A stretch of 63,205 nucleotides of DNA, counting the filler, from Olpidium bornovanus S191 (taxonomy: Eukaryota; Fungi; Olpidiomycota): the NCBI GenBank assembly GCA_017911155.1. It is 32 parts of 32 records of this genome, joined end to end, with 100 filler letters (N's around TTAATTAATTAA, not from the genome) between each part and the next. Parts side by side here need not be neighbours in the genome. Positions count along the whole stretch, not along the records: positions 47,822 to 49,759 come from JAEFCI010012203.1; positions 49,860 to 50,917 come from JAEFCI010000240.1; positions 51,018 to 52,326 come from JAEFCI010005101.1; positions 52,427 to 56,058 come from JAEFCI010003605.1; positions 56,159 to 59,411 come from JAEFCI010002514.1; positions 59,512 to 60,919 come from JAEFCI010008333.1; positions 61,020 to 63,205 come from JAEFCI010010600.1; 25 more parts are not named here. One strand, written 5' to 3'. A program made the translations under genes and the position numbers. This document shows positions 48,936 through 61,330 of the stretch, one piece after another. The notes under the pieces were generated by a model, which saw only the letters and a list, made by a program, of their open reading frames with translations, did not search any database and was not told the origin of the DNA. How positions within the stretch are numbered: position 1 is the first letter of the stretch; each line of letters begins with the position of its first letter.

Positions 48936-49299
48936 GTCACGAAGAAGTTTGTGGGGCGGGAAAAAGCTCTAGAGGGCGGGCGTCAGAGAGAGGAAGGCAG
49001 AAAAAAACGAAAAAAAAAAAATAATTGAAAAAGAAAATACGGGCCGCGGGCGCGCGGGGGAGAGAGGTGGAACAGGAGCGGAAAATCACGCCGCCGCCCT
49101 TTTTTTCTCCCCGCAGGAAAATGTCTCCCAGAACGCTTGGCCCGCGGAGGATCCCGTCCGTCCGTCCGTGCAGACCACCAGCGCCCAACGCCAGCGAAGC
49201 CGCCTTGTCCTCCCCTCTCCTCCTCCTCCCTTCCCGCCCCCCCCCCGCCCGGCGCCGCCTCGCCGTCCCAGCATTCGCCCCAACTGCGAGCAAATTTTC

Positions 49300-49700
49300 C
49301 TCTCCAGGCCTTGTCGCCTTTGTCGACAGCAATTGGGCCGGGTGTCGCACAACATCCAAGTCACGAAGCGGCTACGTTGTTTTCTTCCGAGGCATTAAAT
49401 TATCATCCTTTGGAAGTCTGTCAAGCAGACTGACGTCGCCCTCTCCTCCACCGAGGCTAAGTACATCGCAGCGTCAGCGGCAACTGAGGACCTAATTTGG
49501 CTACGACAACTTACCCGCAAAATTGTGGGATATGAACCGGATGCCAAGCTCATCCCGACCATACTCTTCGTTGACAATAATGGAGCCATAGAGCTAGCTA
49601 AGTTGAATATTCATAACCAGCGCACTCGGCATATTAACGTCCGCTACCATTTTGTTCGTGACGACGTTGAACAGGGCGAGATCGCCGTCCCACCCGCGTC
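49300..49700 (+). mobile_element. Copia RNase H remnant, frameshifted
   Basis: AFVDSNWAGCRTTSKSRSGYVVFF...KQTDVALSSTEAKYIAAS...DNNGAIELAK...RTRHINVRYHFVRD. Confidence 0.9.
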
Positions 49701-50338
49701 CCCACCGACCATCAGACCCCTCCCCCATCCTTACAAACTCCGGTACCGCTGACGGCATGNNNNNNNNNNNNNNNNNNNNNNNNNNNNNNNNNNNNNNNNN
49801 NNNTTAATTAATTAANNNNNNNNNNNNNNNNNNNNNNNNNNNNNNNNNNNNNNNNNNNNCATGCAACAAGATATGCCAATGTTCGACGTGCCGGGCACGC
49901 GTGTTGGCGCAACGGCGGTAAGCGAAACGTGTCGAACTGCCATACCGACACCGTGCGGGATGCGGGATGCCAAAACCTCCGCGCAGCCGGCGCGCGCTTG
50001 AAAACTTCTGCCGCCGCAAAAGCCGCCACCGAGGTAAAAAAAAAAAAAAAAAAATCACTGCTGCCAAATCAACCTCTGGCCACGCCGCCCGGCCGCCGAC
50101 CGGGTATTTCGGTTCTCAGCAGCCGCGCGCGTAGAGGCGTGCTGTCCGCCTCCGGGCCGAAGCCTCCGACTTTACCTTTGCGGCTTCGACGGTGGGGAGC
50201 AAATGCCGCTGCAGTCGCAAAATACAACATCTTCGGGGCAGAAAGGCCGCTGCCGACCTCGGCCGCCTTTCTCAATCTCGACAGAAATTGTCGCCGCCAA
50301 CGCGCCGGCAGCCAACCAGCGCCCCCCTGGGAACAACG

Positions 50339-50402
50339 CCCCACCGAGTGCCACGACCACCGTCGACTGATGAAGTCACGGTGGTCGTGGCACTCGGTGG
50401 GG
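50339..50402. repeat. Perfect 25-bp inverted repeat with 14-nt spacer (long hairpin)
   Basis: CCCCACCGAGTGCCACGACCACCGT (50339-50363) is the exact reverse complement of 50378-50402. Confidence 0.95.
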
Positions 50403-50857
50403 GATTGATCAACGTCCCCCGCGCGCACAAACGAAGGATCCTCTGTCCGAACTTCCGGTCGGCCTTAATTTTGGCACGCGTCCCCAGGACGACATGTCGC
50501 AAAACGGACTCGGGATAAAACTCAAAACTGCCGGCAGAGAAAAAAACTCGCTCCTTCCGTTGTCCGATTTGATTGACCAATCTCTTCCCGAATGGCGTCT
50601 CTTTCCACACTCTCCCCTCGCTCTAGTTTTTTTTTTTCTCTCTCTCTCGCTCTCGTTGCTCCGTCCATTTGCGCGACTGATTGCCGGGAATCCGCCGCGT
50701 GGTGGTGGGGGAGGTGGTGTTCCCGGGACGCGGAGGGGTGCTCTCGAACAGCCAGCCGAGGTACAAAATCTCGGGGGCATCTCTCCGTCTCTGGCCGGGG
50801 CCTGGCTGGGGAAGGGGAGCCAGCGCGTGGGCGGGGGGGGGGGGGGGGAAAGAAGGG

Positions 50858-50894
<37 letters not shown>

Positions 50895-52426
50895 CGCTCC
50901 GGCTCCGTGATTTGACCNNNNNNNNNNNNNNNNNNNNNNNNNNNNNNNNNNNNNNNNNNNNTTAATTAATTAANNNNNNNNNNNNNNNNNNNNNNNNNNN
51001 NNNNNNNNNNNNNNNNNCATGCCAACCCGGCGATTTGTCCGGCGGCAAGCCTTGCTTACAAGGTTGTCGGCCGTTTGACTTTGCCGGCTTGCTTTCGAGT
51101 CTGCGTCGCGGGAGCCGAAGGGAGGCGCCGGCGGCGCCGTGCGAGCGCGAATTTATGTTTCCACGCATCACAAAGCACGCTTCGATATGTACTGGTTTGT
51201 TGACTGCTTCTTAACCGACGGAGGTCGGCTGCCGCGGTCCCTCTTCCGGCAGATGCCAGTGGGGGGGGCGGCGGGACGGAAGGGAACGTGGTTGAGGCGG
51301 AGGAAGGCAGGAGCTTTTGATGCGCATTCTTGACTTGACGGGCCGCCGTATCCGCCCGTGCGAGGTCATCGACAAAAGGCCGGAGCTCAATCGGCCGGAC
51401 CCTTCGCGCGTACCACATGATTTTGCTCCCCTCCGCTCCCCCCGTCGCAACGCCGCAGCGGCAATTCCAGAAAGACGTCTGTTCACCGAAATCCGCACGC
51501 TGGTCGTCATGATTGCATTATCCGGACGCTTCGGCTTTCGCCCTGGCGCCGCCCCGTCGGCCGGCCCAGTCAAGCCGGCCCGGAAAGCACCAGGTGGATG
51601 TCGCTCCTGAGCTGCTCCCGCAACAAGCAGCGGAGGTCGGACAAAATCGCAGATCTGCCTGCGGTAATGGCGCGCACGGTGTCGATATCAACCAAAAACA
51701 ATTCACAGCGGCATAAACCTCAGCCGGCAGTTCTAAATTCGGGGGGGGGGGGGGGCCAGAATAGTGTGCTGGTTCCGATGTCATTGCGAAACAAAAGCCC
51801 GATTGTGAGCGGACCAAAGGCGCTGACAATGCTGAGCTAGGAAGATTGGCCTGCGGGGGTGGGGGTGGTGGGGGGAGGGGGAGAAACGCAAATCAAGCGA
51901 CTTGAGCATCCCTGAATCTCCTGCGAACACGTGACGAAACGGGCCGCCCTTCCCACAATACAAGCCCTCATAAACGGCTAGGTCCATTGTTCCTTGAGGC
52001 GCAGTGGCTGATCTAAATTAGCGTCCATGTCACCGGAAAACAGACCGCCGAACGTGGGCAAAGAAACATGTAAAGCCAATCACAAAATACTCGTACCACG
52101 CCGCAACTTTTGATAACTGACTTACGCGTACCAACGTACGCAAGTACGAAGCATGCGCGACATACGTGTACGAACGTGCCGTGGCCTTTACGGCACAGGT
52201 TTTGCCATGGCTGACCGCGGCACTGAAGCCAAATGACGAAAGCTGCCAAATATGACAAGGCCTCGAACTAAGCCTTGACCTGGTTGGAGGAGATCTGCAG
52301 CGCAGCCTCGACGTGCTTGGGACGGANNNNNNNNNNNNNNNNNNNNNNNNNNNNNNNNNNNNNNNNNNNNTTAATTAATTAANNNNNNNNNNNNNNNNNN
52401 NNNNNNNNNNNNNNNNNNNNNNNNNN

Positions 52427-53035
52427 CATGCCTGGAACCTACTGCGTTCCCAATAAAAACGGCGATGGCACGACCGGAGGCGTCCTAGAGGATCACCTCC
52501 CGTTCGTCGAACGCGCGGGCCGGGACGCAGATCAAGATGCATCGCTTCGATCGAGGCGGGAAGTTTTTGGGAGATAGCTGCAGGGGTGAACTCGGTCAGT
52601 CGCCAAGGGATACGCCTGCGAGACGACGGTCCGCTAAACGCCGCAACAGAACCGCATTACGGGACGCGTCAATCGAACCGCCGCCGACCGCGTCCGGGCC
52701 GCCATCATCGCCGCACATCTCCCAACGAAAATATGGGTCGATGTCTGGCGCGCCGCCATCTACCTCTACAACCGATCACCTCATCAGGCGCACGGCTGCA
52801 CGGTTTATCATCTCGTCCTGCACGGCAAGGCCACCGTTGACCTCGACCATCTCCGCGTCATCGGCAGCGTCACGTTTGTCCATATCCCAAAAGGTCAACG
52901 TGACTGCAAACCTGGCCCCGGCTGCTAAAAATCTCATTACGATTGCGCACTCCCGGAGTGGCAAGGCATGCCGGCTCTGGAACCCGAATGCCGACTCCAC
53001 TGTTAAGCGGTATACAGTGTCCATCGATGAGCATC
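52427..53035 (+). mobile_element. Decayed Copia integrase core and C-terminus
   Basis: Across frames: IKMHRFDRGGKF, TPQQNRITGRVNRT, LPTKIWVDV..AAIYLYNRSP, LDHLRVIGSVTFVHIPK, KACRLWNP...TVSIDE. Confidence 0.85.
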
Positions 53036-54084
53036 TAAAAATACTCGCCCATGAGCATGACAAACTTGACGCAAATCCGCCGCAGGCGCACAAGGTCAGC
53101 TTGGTCAAGGAAGGTGACTCCACCGTCAGGATCAAACCAGACGCCAACTCCATTGTGCGTTGCGCTGGCGATAGAGAAGAAGCGCTCGGAAATCCCTGGG
53201 ATGCAGAGGGTGTCCTTGAGACTCATCGTGCCAAGCAAATGGGAGAGGTCGACAGTGCCTTGGGCTATGACGTCTAGTTGAGAGTCGTCGGCGATGCGAA
53301 GCTTAACGTTCCGCCTGTCCGGTCGATGGTGCTCAGCAACAACGGCTTCGTTCCCAATGATGTGGTGCGAGGTGCCTGAGTCCAAGAGCATGCGCTCTTG
53401 AGTCGAAGTCGCCTGTGAGGCGCGGGGGCCGGCGGTCACTGTCCACGTGGCTGCTACTGAGCCTCGATTGGCGATAACTTCCCCCCTGTGAGCCATCATA
53501 GCACGGTGCACGGGCTCTTGCGCTGCAGCTGCGTGTGGTTGACTTGAGGTACGGCATCCTTGGCTCAGCTGTTGCTGTTGGCGTTGCAGTGCGAGCGTCG
53601 GACAGTCCCTGTAATAGTGGTTTTGACCCGGGCAGTGTTTGCATGCAGGTAGCCGGCGCTGACGATGGCGGCCTGCGGCTCCGAGAGTTGCTGCTTCGAC
53701 CTGGAGCGTGTTCCTTTTAAAGGTCTCGGCGAGAAGTGACGGCACGAGTTGGCCGCCAGGCCGCGCTGCGGCTGCACCTTTTCTCTTCATGACTTTGCTC
53801 TTGTCCGTCGCGTGCATGTACGCAAGTCCTCTCCTGTGGCGTCGACGGCGGCTGCAGCTGCGGCGGAGACGGCGGTGCGCGGCGGGGCGCGGCGGTGCGC
53901 GGCGATGGCGGCGGCGGCGCGCGGCGGTGCGCGGCGATGGCGGCGGCGGTTGCGCGGCGGAGGGCGAAGGCAACGGCGAAGCGGCGAAGCGGCGAAGCGA
54001 AGCTCGGGGCCGAAGGCGATGGCAAGCTCGGCCCGAAGGTGATGGCGAGCTTGGGGCCGTCAGAGTCCCTTTGGGCTCATAACC
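53035..54084 (-). mobile_element. Copia PBS, leader, gag zinc knuckle and protease
   Basis: PBS GGTTATGAGCCC (54073-54084); exact CX2CX4HX4C CKHCPGQNHYYRDC (53602-53643); LLDSGTSHH protease motif. Confidence 0.88.
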
Positions 54085-54265
54085 TGTTGAAGGTTTGTTT
54101 GAAAGTGCGGACCGGGGGGGGTCCCCTTCTGCCCGCTCCCGGTGGTCTTTATTCATGGGTCACGTGATCTATATAATTCCCGGCGGGACGGCCCTTCGGC
54201 AGAAAAATCTGTTCTGTGCAGTTGGGCGGACGTTTAGTGAAGCATGTGAGCTTGTAGAACATACA
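54085..54265 (-). repeat. Putative 181-bp LTR bounded by PPT and PBS
   Basis: On the minus strand GAAGAGGAGAA (54266-54276) precedes TGTAT...; the segment ends CAACA directly before the PBS and contains a TATATA. Confidence 0.6.
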
Positions 54266-55412
54266 TTCTCCTCTTCGTCTGTGTTTGAGTTGCTTGTAAG
54301 TGTCTCCAATTCCGGTTGGGCTTGTGCACTTGGTGCCGGTTCATTTTGAACTGTTGTGGTGGCAGCCTGTGTGTTTTGATTTTGGAGAAGGAAGTTCTCA
54401 AACAACAACGTCAGTCTGTCAAGGCGCTGCTTGGCAGCATGCCGAGCGCTTTTTTCTTCTTCCTGGGCAGTCAGAAGCAGGTTGGCTCGGTCTTAAAGTG
54501 TGCTGTTCACTTGACCGGTGTATTTCTTTTCTTCCATGATTTGCTATCCCGATTGTTCTCCCAGTTTGGCCTCTTTTTGAGACCGTCTCCCAACAAACGT
54601 CGCAGCGCGCAACAGCTGCGGCGGCTTCCGGATGCGTGTCACCGCGCGCAGCCACTTCGGCGAAAAGCTGGGGTGTCAATGGAGCACTTACCTTGTACTC
54701 TCCCTCTTGTTTCTCTGTTCGCTCAGGAGGGTGACGTCCCGCGTCTTTTCTTGACACTAGTCTTTCGCTTTTACGATTGCCCATGGTGAAGACAGATATA
54801 GGGTGGTTGCGCTTCTGCGTAAAAAGAAGCGAGCGGCTTCGCAGATGACGGTCCGGTGGGTCGCTGACGGCGGGTCTCGGGCGGGAGTGAGCCACGCAGA
54901 CTGTGTGGCGTCGGGTTGCGCGCGTTCGCGGATGGCGGTTTGCGCGCGCAGCGGCGGGGGCGGCGGCGACCGCGCGAGAGCGAGCGCGGCGCAGACGGCG
55001 GGTTCCGGCGCTCGCGCAAAAAAGGAGCTCGAAGATGGCGGCGCCGCGCGCGAAAAGGGAGCTCGAAAATGGGAAGCTCGGAGATGGCGGCGTCGCGGGC
55101 GCGCAGCGGCGGCGAAGCGCGTGGCGCGGCGGCGACGGCGAAGGTGGGGCGCAGCCGCGGCGGAAGGCTTCCGGGATGAGCGCGGCGAGGGCGAGCGCGG
55201 CGAGGGCGAGCGCGGCGAGGGCGGGCGCGGCGAGGGCGGGTGCGGCGAGGGCGAGCGCGGCGAGGGCGAGCGCGGCGAGCGAGGGCGGACGGGAGGGTCA
55301 GGGTAGCCGCGTTGGGCTCATAACCTGTTGTTTCGGCTTTTGTTTTGTGAAGAGCGGCGTTGTTTTATTTTACTACGCAGTGCACTGTGCTTTTTGTGGG
55401 GCTATCTCAACA
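54266..55412 (-). mobile_element. Putative non-autonomous LTR element: short LTR (55326-55412), PBS (55314-55325), about 1 kb internal region without recognisable pol
   Basis: Second exact copy of TTGGGCTCATAACCTGTTG at 55312-55330; TGTTG...CAACA 87-bp segment; GC-rich repetitive leader. Confidence 0.5.
55178..55280. repeat. 15-bp tandem repeat GAGCGCGGCGAGGGC, about 7 copies
   Basis: Units start at 55178, 55193, 55208, 55223, 55238, 55253, 55268. Confidence 0.9.
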
Positions 55413-56176
55413 GAGATGTTGTACTAGTGCATAGTCATTTCCATTTGACACGGCGTTATTAAAAAGGATGATATGGTACGACTGCTTCATTTTTCCATTC
55501 ACTTCTCCGCTTGCACAGGAAATGTTTGTCTGCACATCAGGGAATTTATCCATGATGACCTTTTTACGCTTTTCAAGAGGGTCTTCGCCGCCCATACGTT
55601 CAATATCAAAGACGACACGAAGCTTTGGGAGCATTGGTGTCATCTGCATCATGTCGTTAGATGTGCCTGTTGGCGAGTTCATCGGGCGTAACACAGCCAT
55701 ACTTGCAACACAGTTGTTCTCCATTTTGACGATGTGTATAAGTTGCTGTCTGAGCTACAACAACATTATCGTCGGGGCAGGCAGCATGTAGTGAACCGTC
55801 GTTGATCCTCTATATCAACCCCCACCCGGCTCTCTCTCTCTCTCTCTCTCCCTCTGTCTCGCGGTCTCTCTTCTTAATACACACAACAACCTCGACGTTC
55901 CTCTACAGAGTGGGGAATCCGAGAAAGAACCATCCTTTGCCCGCCTTCGCTCTACCGCCCTCCGCCGCCGCCGCGCGCCCGCCGGCCTCGCCACCAGGCC
56001 GCCCTCCGCTGCGCCGCGCCATCCGGCAGCTTCCGCCTTGCCGTCACGCCCCCGCTAANNNNNNNNNNNNNNNNNNNNNNNNNNNNNNNNNNNNNNNNNN
56101 NNTTAATTAATTAANNNNNNNNNNNNNNNNNNNNNNNNNNNNNNNNNNNNNNNNNNNNAAAAAAAAACAAAAAGAG

Positions 56177-56216
<40 letters not shown>

Positions 56217-56233
56217 GGCGACGGCGGGAAATA

Positions 56234-58779
56234 ATGTGTTCGCGCCTGCCGTCTCTCGCCGCCGCCCTCACGGCCGCCACGCCGGCCGCCGCGCCGCTGT
56301 GGGTCCCCCACGCGGCGCCGCTGGCAAGGCCGGCCGTCGAGCTGGCGCCGCCGCTGCTGACGGCGCTCGGCTTTGCACAGCAGGTGCGCGGGAGGAAGCC
56401 CGGCGGTGAGAAGGACGACGACAAGGCCCACAGGGGCCTCCCGGAAGCGTCGCGGCGGCGTGCAGACCCACCCCTCACACCTACCCCCTTCCCTTTCCCA
56501 TTATTCCTCTTCCCCGGCCCTCCCCCCTGCTCCTCCACCTGTTCCGAGCGGCTGCCGTTTTAGACCGCCCCTCAAGCACCTGAGGACGCGGTTTTTTTTT
56601 TTTTCTTTTTTTTTTTTTTTGCGATTCGCCGCCGAGCGTTTGGTGGCGCGTTCCCGTCCGGTGGCAGAACTCGCGCTGATCGCGTTTCGTGTACGGGCGC
56701 CGTCTCATTCCAGCGACGCGGTCAAGGCAAGCCCCGATTCCGCCGGGCCTGGGGAAGGCCGGGGGCTCAGAGTGGGCTTATGTGATACATAGAGGAGGGG
56801 TGAGTGCCGGTGCTTGGTTCGTAGCGGCCTATTTACCTGACGATCAACGCGCCCTCCGGCTGCTGCGCGAGCTGACTTCCGTGCGCCGGCGTGCAGGTCC
56901 AAGCGGCAAAAGCTCTGCTGCCGCCACCGGTGACACTCTTCAAGACGCCGCTGGGTGACTACAAAGCTGTGAGCCACACGCGCAGGCTGTCTTGCCGAAA
57001 CAGGCCTGTGCAAAGCCGTCTGACCGGAGACCTGGCCGTTTTCTCGCCGGCTTCACCAGGACTCGACCCCACCGGGCGCGCTCGTGACTTACAGCGACGA
57101 ACACCTGTCCATTTTCGGCGCCAACTATCCCGTGAAGCTGGCGGAGGACGCCAAGTATTTCGAAAAGCCGTTTCTGTTGTACAGGGACTTTCACGACCAG
57201 CTCCTGAAGCGACTAAAGGCGATAGCAGACGTTGAAAACAACCCGGAACGGATAGTCCTCAGTATGTGACGAAATCGTTCGACTGCGTTTGCGCTAGCTA
57301 AAGTCCCAGGACCATCCTCAATCGAAACGGGGAACTCACGTACCCCGAAGTTGGTAACAGGGGCGTCGGTAAGAGCGCAACTCTGATGAACGCCGTCAGC
57401 TATTGCATGCAGAAGCAGTGGTTCGTCTTTTATGTGCCAAATAGTAGGTGCTGACGTTGGGTGCTTGAGGGGCGCGCAGCGGAAATATCAGCCGGTTTTG
57501 CTTATAGTGCGGGTCAATGTTGTGCCAGCCGAGCCATTCAGAAACGGGTCGGAGCCCCTGTCGCATTCTGCGGAGGAGGGCATGTTCGACCAAGCGCGTC
57601 TGGCTGGCAAAGTTTTGACCAGCCAGCTGCCGTACAACAAACTTGTTGTATCGAAGGTACAGACTGTTCATGTTTTGGATTCAATCGGCACCTGTAGCCT
57701 CTCGAAAACCGAGAATTGCGAAACAGCGTTTACGACAACGTTTCCTTTCTCATGTGCTTTGACGGTCGCCAACGCTAGATTAAGACAAAGGAAGCGCACC
57801 AGATAGACAACTCAACAACGCTACCGGCCGGCTCGCCGTTAATGACGCTGTTCGACATGGCGGCGTCGGCGGTATCGTCCTTGATGCTCGGCGCGTACTC
57901 CGCATTCATGCGGGAAATGGAACTCATGGAGTGGGTGTCTCTCTCGTTTGCGCCATATTGCGTGATAGAATCACGTCTCTTCGGCTTGTTTTCCCGCGCT
58001 GACGTACGCCGCTGCGGCGCGATCAATGTAGCGTACCCGTCCTCATGGCCGTCGACGGAATAAACAATTTCTACAGCGGATCGGACTACAACGACACAGA
58101 AGGCAAGCAGATCATGGCGTTTAATTTCACGACGGTCAAACGGATCAACGAGTTCTTGGAGGGCAAGCGGAATCTGGTGCGTCCGTGCATCGACGACGGC
58201 GGCGGCGCGAATCCGCCGACGCGAATCCGCCGACGCTATAATGGCCGGTTGCTGGGCTGCGTGTCGCAAAACGCAATTGTGTAACGGGGAAACCTCACGT
58301 TTCTTGATTGGCTTAGAAACACGGCGCCATGCTTTCGGCCTACTCGTTCTCCACACGCAACAGCGACTCGGAGATTCTGAACACGGCGATGAACATATAC
58401 CAGAAGCCTAAATCGCGCATCCCACTTTATGAGTTCGTGAAGGGCCCCCCACCCGTCGAGCGCACCACCAAACTGGTGCCTTTAGAGGTGCCGCCCTTCA
58501 CTTGGACGGAGACGCGGACGATGCTGCAACACTACAACGAAATCAAGGTTCTTTTCACCTCTGGTAAGTCTTATTGATGACTTTAGTTTTTTGGATTCCG
58601 CGCGTTGAGGGTGATCGCGTTTGGTGCCGTATCATTGCTGACACGTCGGCTCTATTTCCCTTTTGGATGCTTCGCCGAACGTTGCAGGCCTGGACGAGCA
58701 GAAAGTGTGGCTCTACCAATCCACAGCCTGCGGCAATCCCAGGGAGCTATTCCAGACCTGCGTAATGCCTTTGTTCTAG
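56234..58779 (+). CDS. RSM23: Mitochondrial small ribosomal subunit protein S29 (DAP3/RSM23), multi-exon, near complete
   Basis: Presequence-like start; GNRGVGKSATLMNAVSYCMQKQWFVFYVPN; LMAVDGINNFY; LEVPPFTWTETRTMLQHY; YQSTACGNPRELF...*. Confidence 0.82.
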
Positions 58780-59320
58780 ATTGTTTTGAAAGCATATATC
58801 GGGGGAAAAGCTAATTCATTTACTGGATGGGGACGCGTAAAAAACGGTCGGCTAGGTCACGTACTATGCGGGAGGCAGGTTAATTGTGTGCGCACGCGTC
58901 GCACACCAGCATTCGCGTGTCCAGCTGCCACATTGGACTGCTTTCTGCACTGCATGCTAAAGTTTCGGGGGACTGACCCCCGACATCCCGGCGGCAGCAT
59001 ATCGGACTTGCCTTACCCCGTGATTTCAAAGTCCCCGATTCTCCTGAAATGTCGACTTTACTGCAGCCCGAAAGAGGCGGGCGGGAGATGCGCTGATTCC
59101 TGCTGGTATTTGCTCGTTGCAGACGCGAGATGCCCAATCCGCGCTTTGTCGCGTCCCCACCGCGCCACACCCGCTGAAGTGGGATTCGCTGCGCACCAGT
59201 GGTGCTCCCTACCCCTTTTCCCAAACGTAATGCGGTTCGGACTCAACTGGTCCCGTTCCGCCGCTTTATATACACGCTCGTTTTTTGGCGTCCGGCCTCC
59301 CGCCGCGCTCCCGGGGCTAC

Positions 59321-59363
<43 letters not shown>

Positions 59364-59511
59364 CGGTGTGTGCGCGCGCGCGCGGTCCCCCGCCGTCTCG
59401 CCACTCTTCCTNNNNNNNNNNNNNNNNNNNNNNNNNNNNNNNNNNNNNNNNNNNNTTAATTAATTAANNNNNNNNNNNNNNNNNNNNNNNNNNNNNNNNN
59501 NNNNNNNNNNN

Positions 59512-60528
59512 CATGGTCGCGATCGCCGGCTTCGAGGTCTACCGCGGCGTCGAGGACGCCGTCGACAAGGCCGGCCAGCCGGCCGTCAGCCTCCGTCAGG
59601 CGCTGCTCGACAACGGCTCCTTCACCAACATTGTCATCTCCCTCGGGAGCACATACGGGATCTACCTCGTCGCCAGCGTAATCTCTCTCGACCCCTGGCA
59701 CATGCTCACCAGCTTTTTGCAATACGTGTTTTTTTTGCCGAGCTTCGTCAACATTCTCATGGTCTACGCGTTTTGCAACATACACGACGTTTCTTGGTAA
59801 AAGAGAAAAAAACGCGCAGAAGGGGCAATTTTTTTTTGTTGTTTTTGGTTTTTGGTGCGTTCGCCCTTGCCCGAGCTGACCAACCGCCGTCGAGACCAGG
59901 GGAACGAAGGGTGACAATGCCACGGCGGCGGACCTGGGCGCCGCGGTCGCCAAAAAGGACCAGCAGGGCGACAACTTGGTGGTCGAACTGGAACTTCCAG
60001 ACGAGGCCGAGGATCTGAACCAGTACTACGATCGCATCGTCAACCAGGAGCTGAAGAACAGGCCGCAGGCGCAGCACAAGTCACGGGACGCGACGACGAA
60101 GAAGGAGGATTATTACAAAGTAAGTCCCGTCAAGCCCGAGGGCCGCTTTTCGCGGGGCAACTCGTCCCAAAAACCAATAAAAACATCGCCACACCAAAAG
60201 CCCGCTTTTGGTCGGGCTCCCCGCAAACGGCGGGAAAGGGGGGGGGGATCGTCTGCAGGTTTTCAACAAAAGAACGCTGAACAACATTTTTTTTCTGCCC
60301 TGCCGCTTTCTGCTCTGCGCAAAGAACTTCCGGACCAAGCTCATCCTATCCTGGATGATAACCAACACCATCCTCGTCCTGGTTCTTACCCATAGCGGCG
60401 ACCCGCAAAAGACTTCGGCGACGGCGCTCGCATACCTGTCTTTCATTTTCTGGACGGTCACCGCGCTCTCCCTTTTCCGGTTCCTGGGATGCGTGATGTA
60501 CCTTTTCTCTTATTTCGTTTTTGGCTGA
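59512..60528 (+). CDS. CHS: Chitin synthase (division 1, class I-III type), C-terminal exons
   Basis: [40 protein letters not shown]...[15 protein letters not shown]...FRFLGCVMY. Confidence 0.93.
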
Positions 60529-60803
60529 ACGACAAAAAAAAAAAAAAAAAAAAAAAAACGCGCGAAAGTGGCAGATCGTCCGGCGCAATGGTTTTTTTTT
60601 TCTTTTTTCGCGGGAGCAAGTTGTGCCCAATTCTGCCGTTTCCCTCTCCCGACCGCCGTTACACTACAACCCACCTTTTATTCGCACAATTTTTCGACCG
60701 TTTTCGGGAAAAAAATACTGCCCGCCCATTTGTGAGCGGCTTTTTTTTTTGTTGTTTGCGCATTCTCCGAGAACAAAATTTGCCGACAAAAAAAGGGTTT
60801 TCG

Positions 60804-60842
<39 letters not shown>

Positions 60843-60880
60843 GGGGGGGGGCCGGGGGGGGGGGGGGTTTTTTTTGGGGG

Positions 60881-60911
<31 letters not shown>

Positions 60912-61330
60912 CGCACAAANNNNNNNNNNNNNNNNNNNNNNNNNNNNNNNNNNNNNNNNNNNNTTAATTAATTAANNNNNNNNNNNNNNNNNNNNNNNNN
61001 NNNNNNNNNNNNNNNNNNNCATGGAACGGCTGCTTCGGGCTGCCGGCGGCCAATGCGTCAAGCACGTGTGTTCAGCATCGCGTAGCTACCTCGGAGCGAC
61101 GTCGGAGGCTGTGGAAACACCAGTAAGTCTTCGACGCACCAGTCGGCCTGGCAGCCAGGGCCCGGCTGCGGGAATTTCGTTGTCGGGGACTTGGCTGTTT
61201 CGCTTACAGTCGACGTGCTGGAAAGAGAATTCACGGTCGGAGTGGATTGCGGTACCTGGAATTTTTTTTTATCAGGAAGTTGGAGAGTTGAGCCGTTTGG
61301 ATTTTGTGAGCACTTCCGACAACATTTCAC

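Noticed and set aside
50364-50377. CTGATGA in the hairpin loop as a hammerhead core or snoRNA C box
   Set aside because: No stem II plus GAAA follows and no suitably placed D box is evident. The fold is a simple hairpin.
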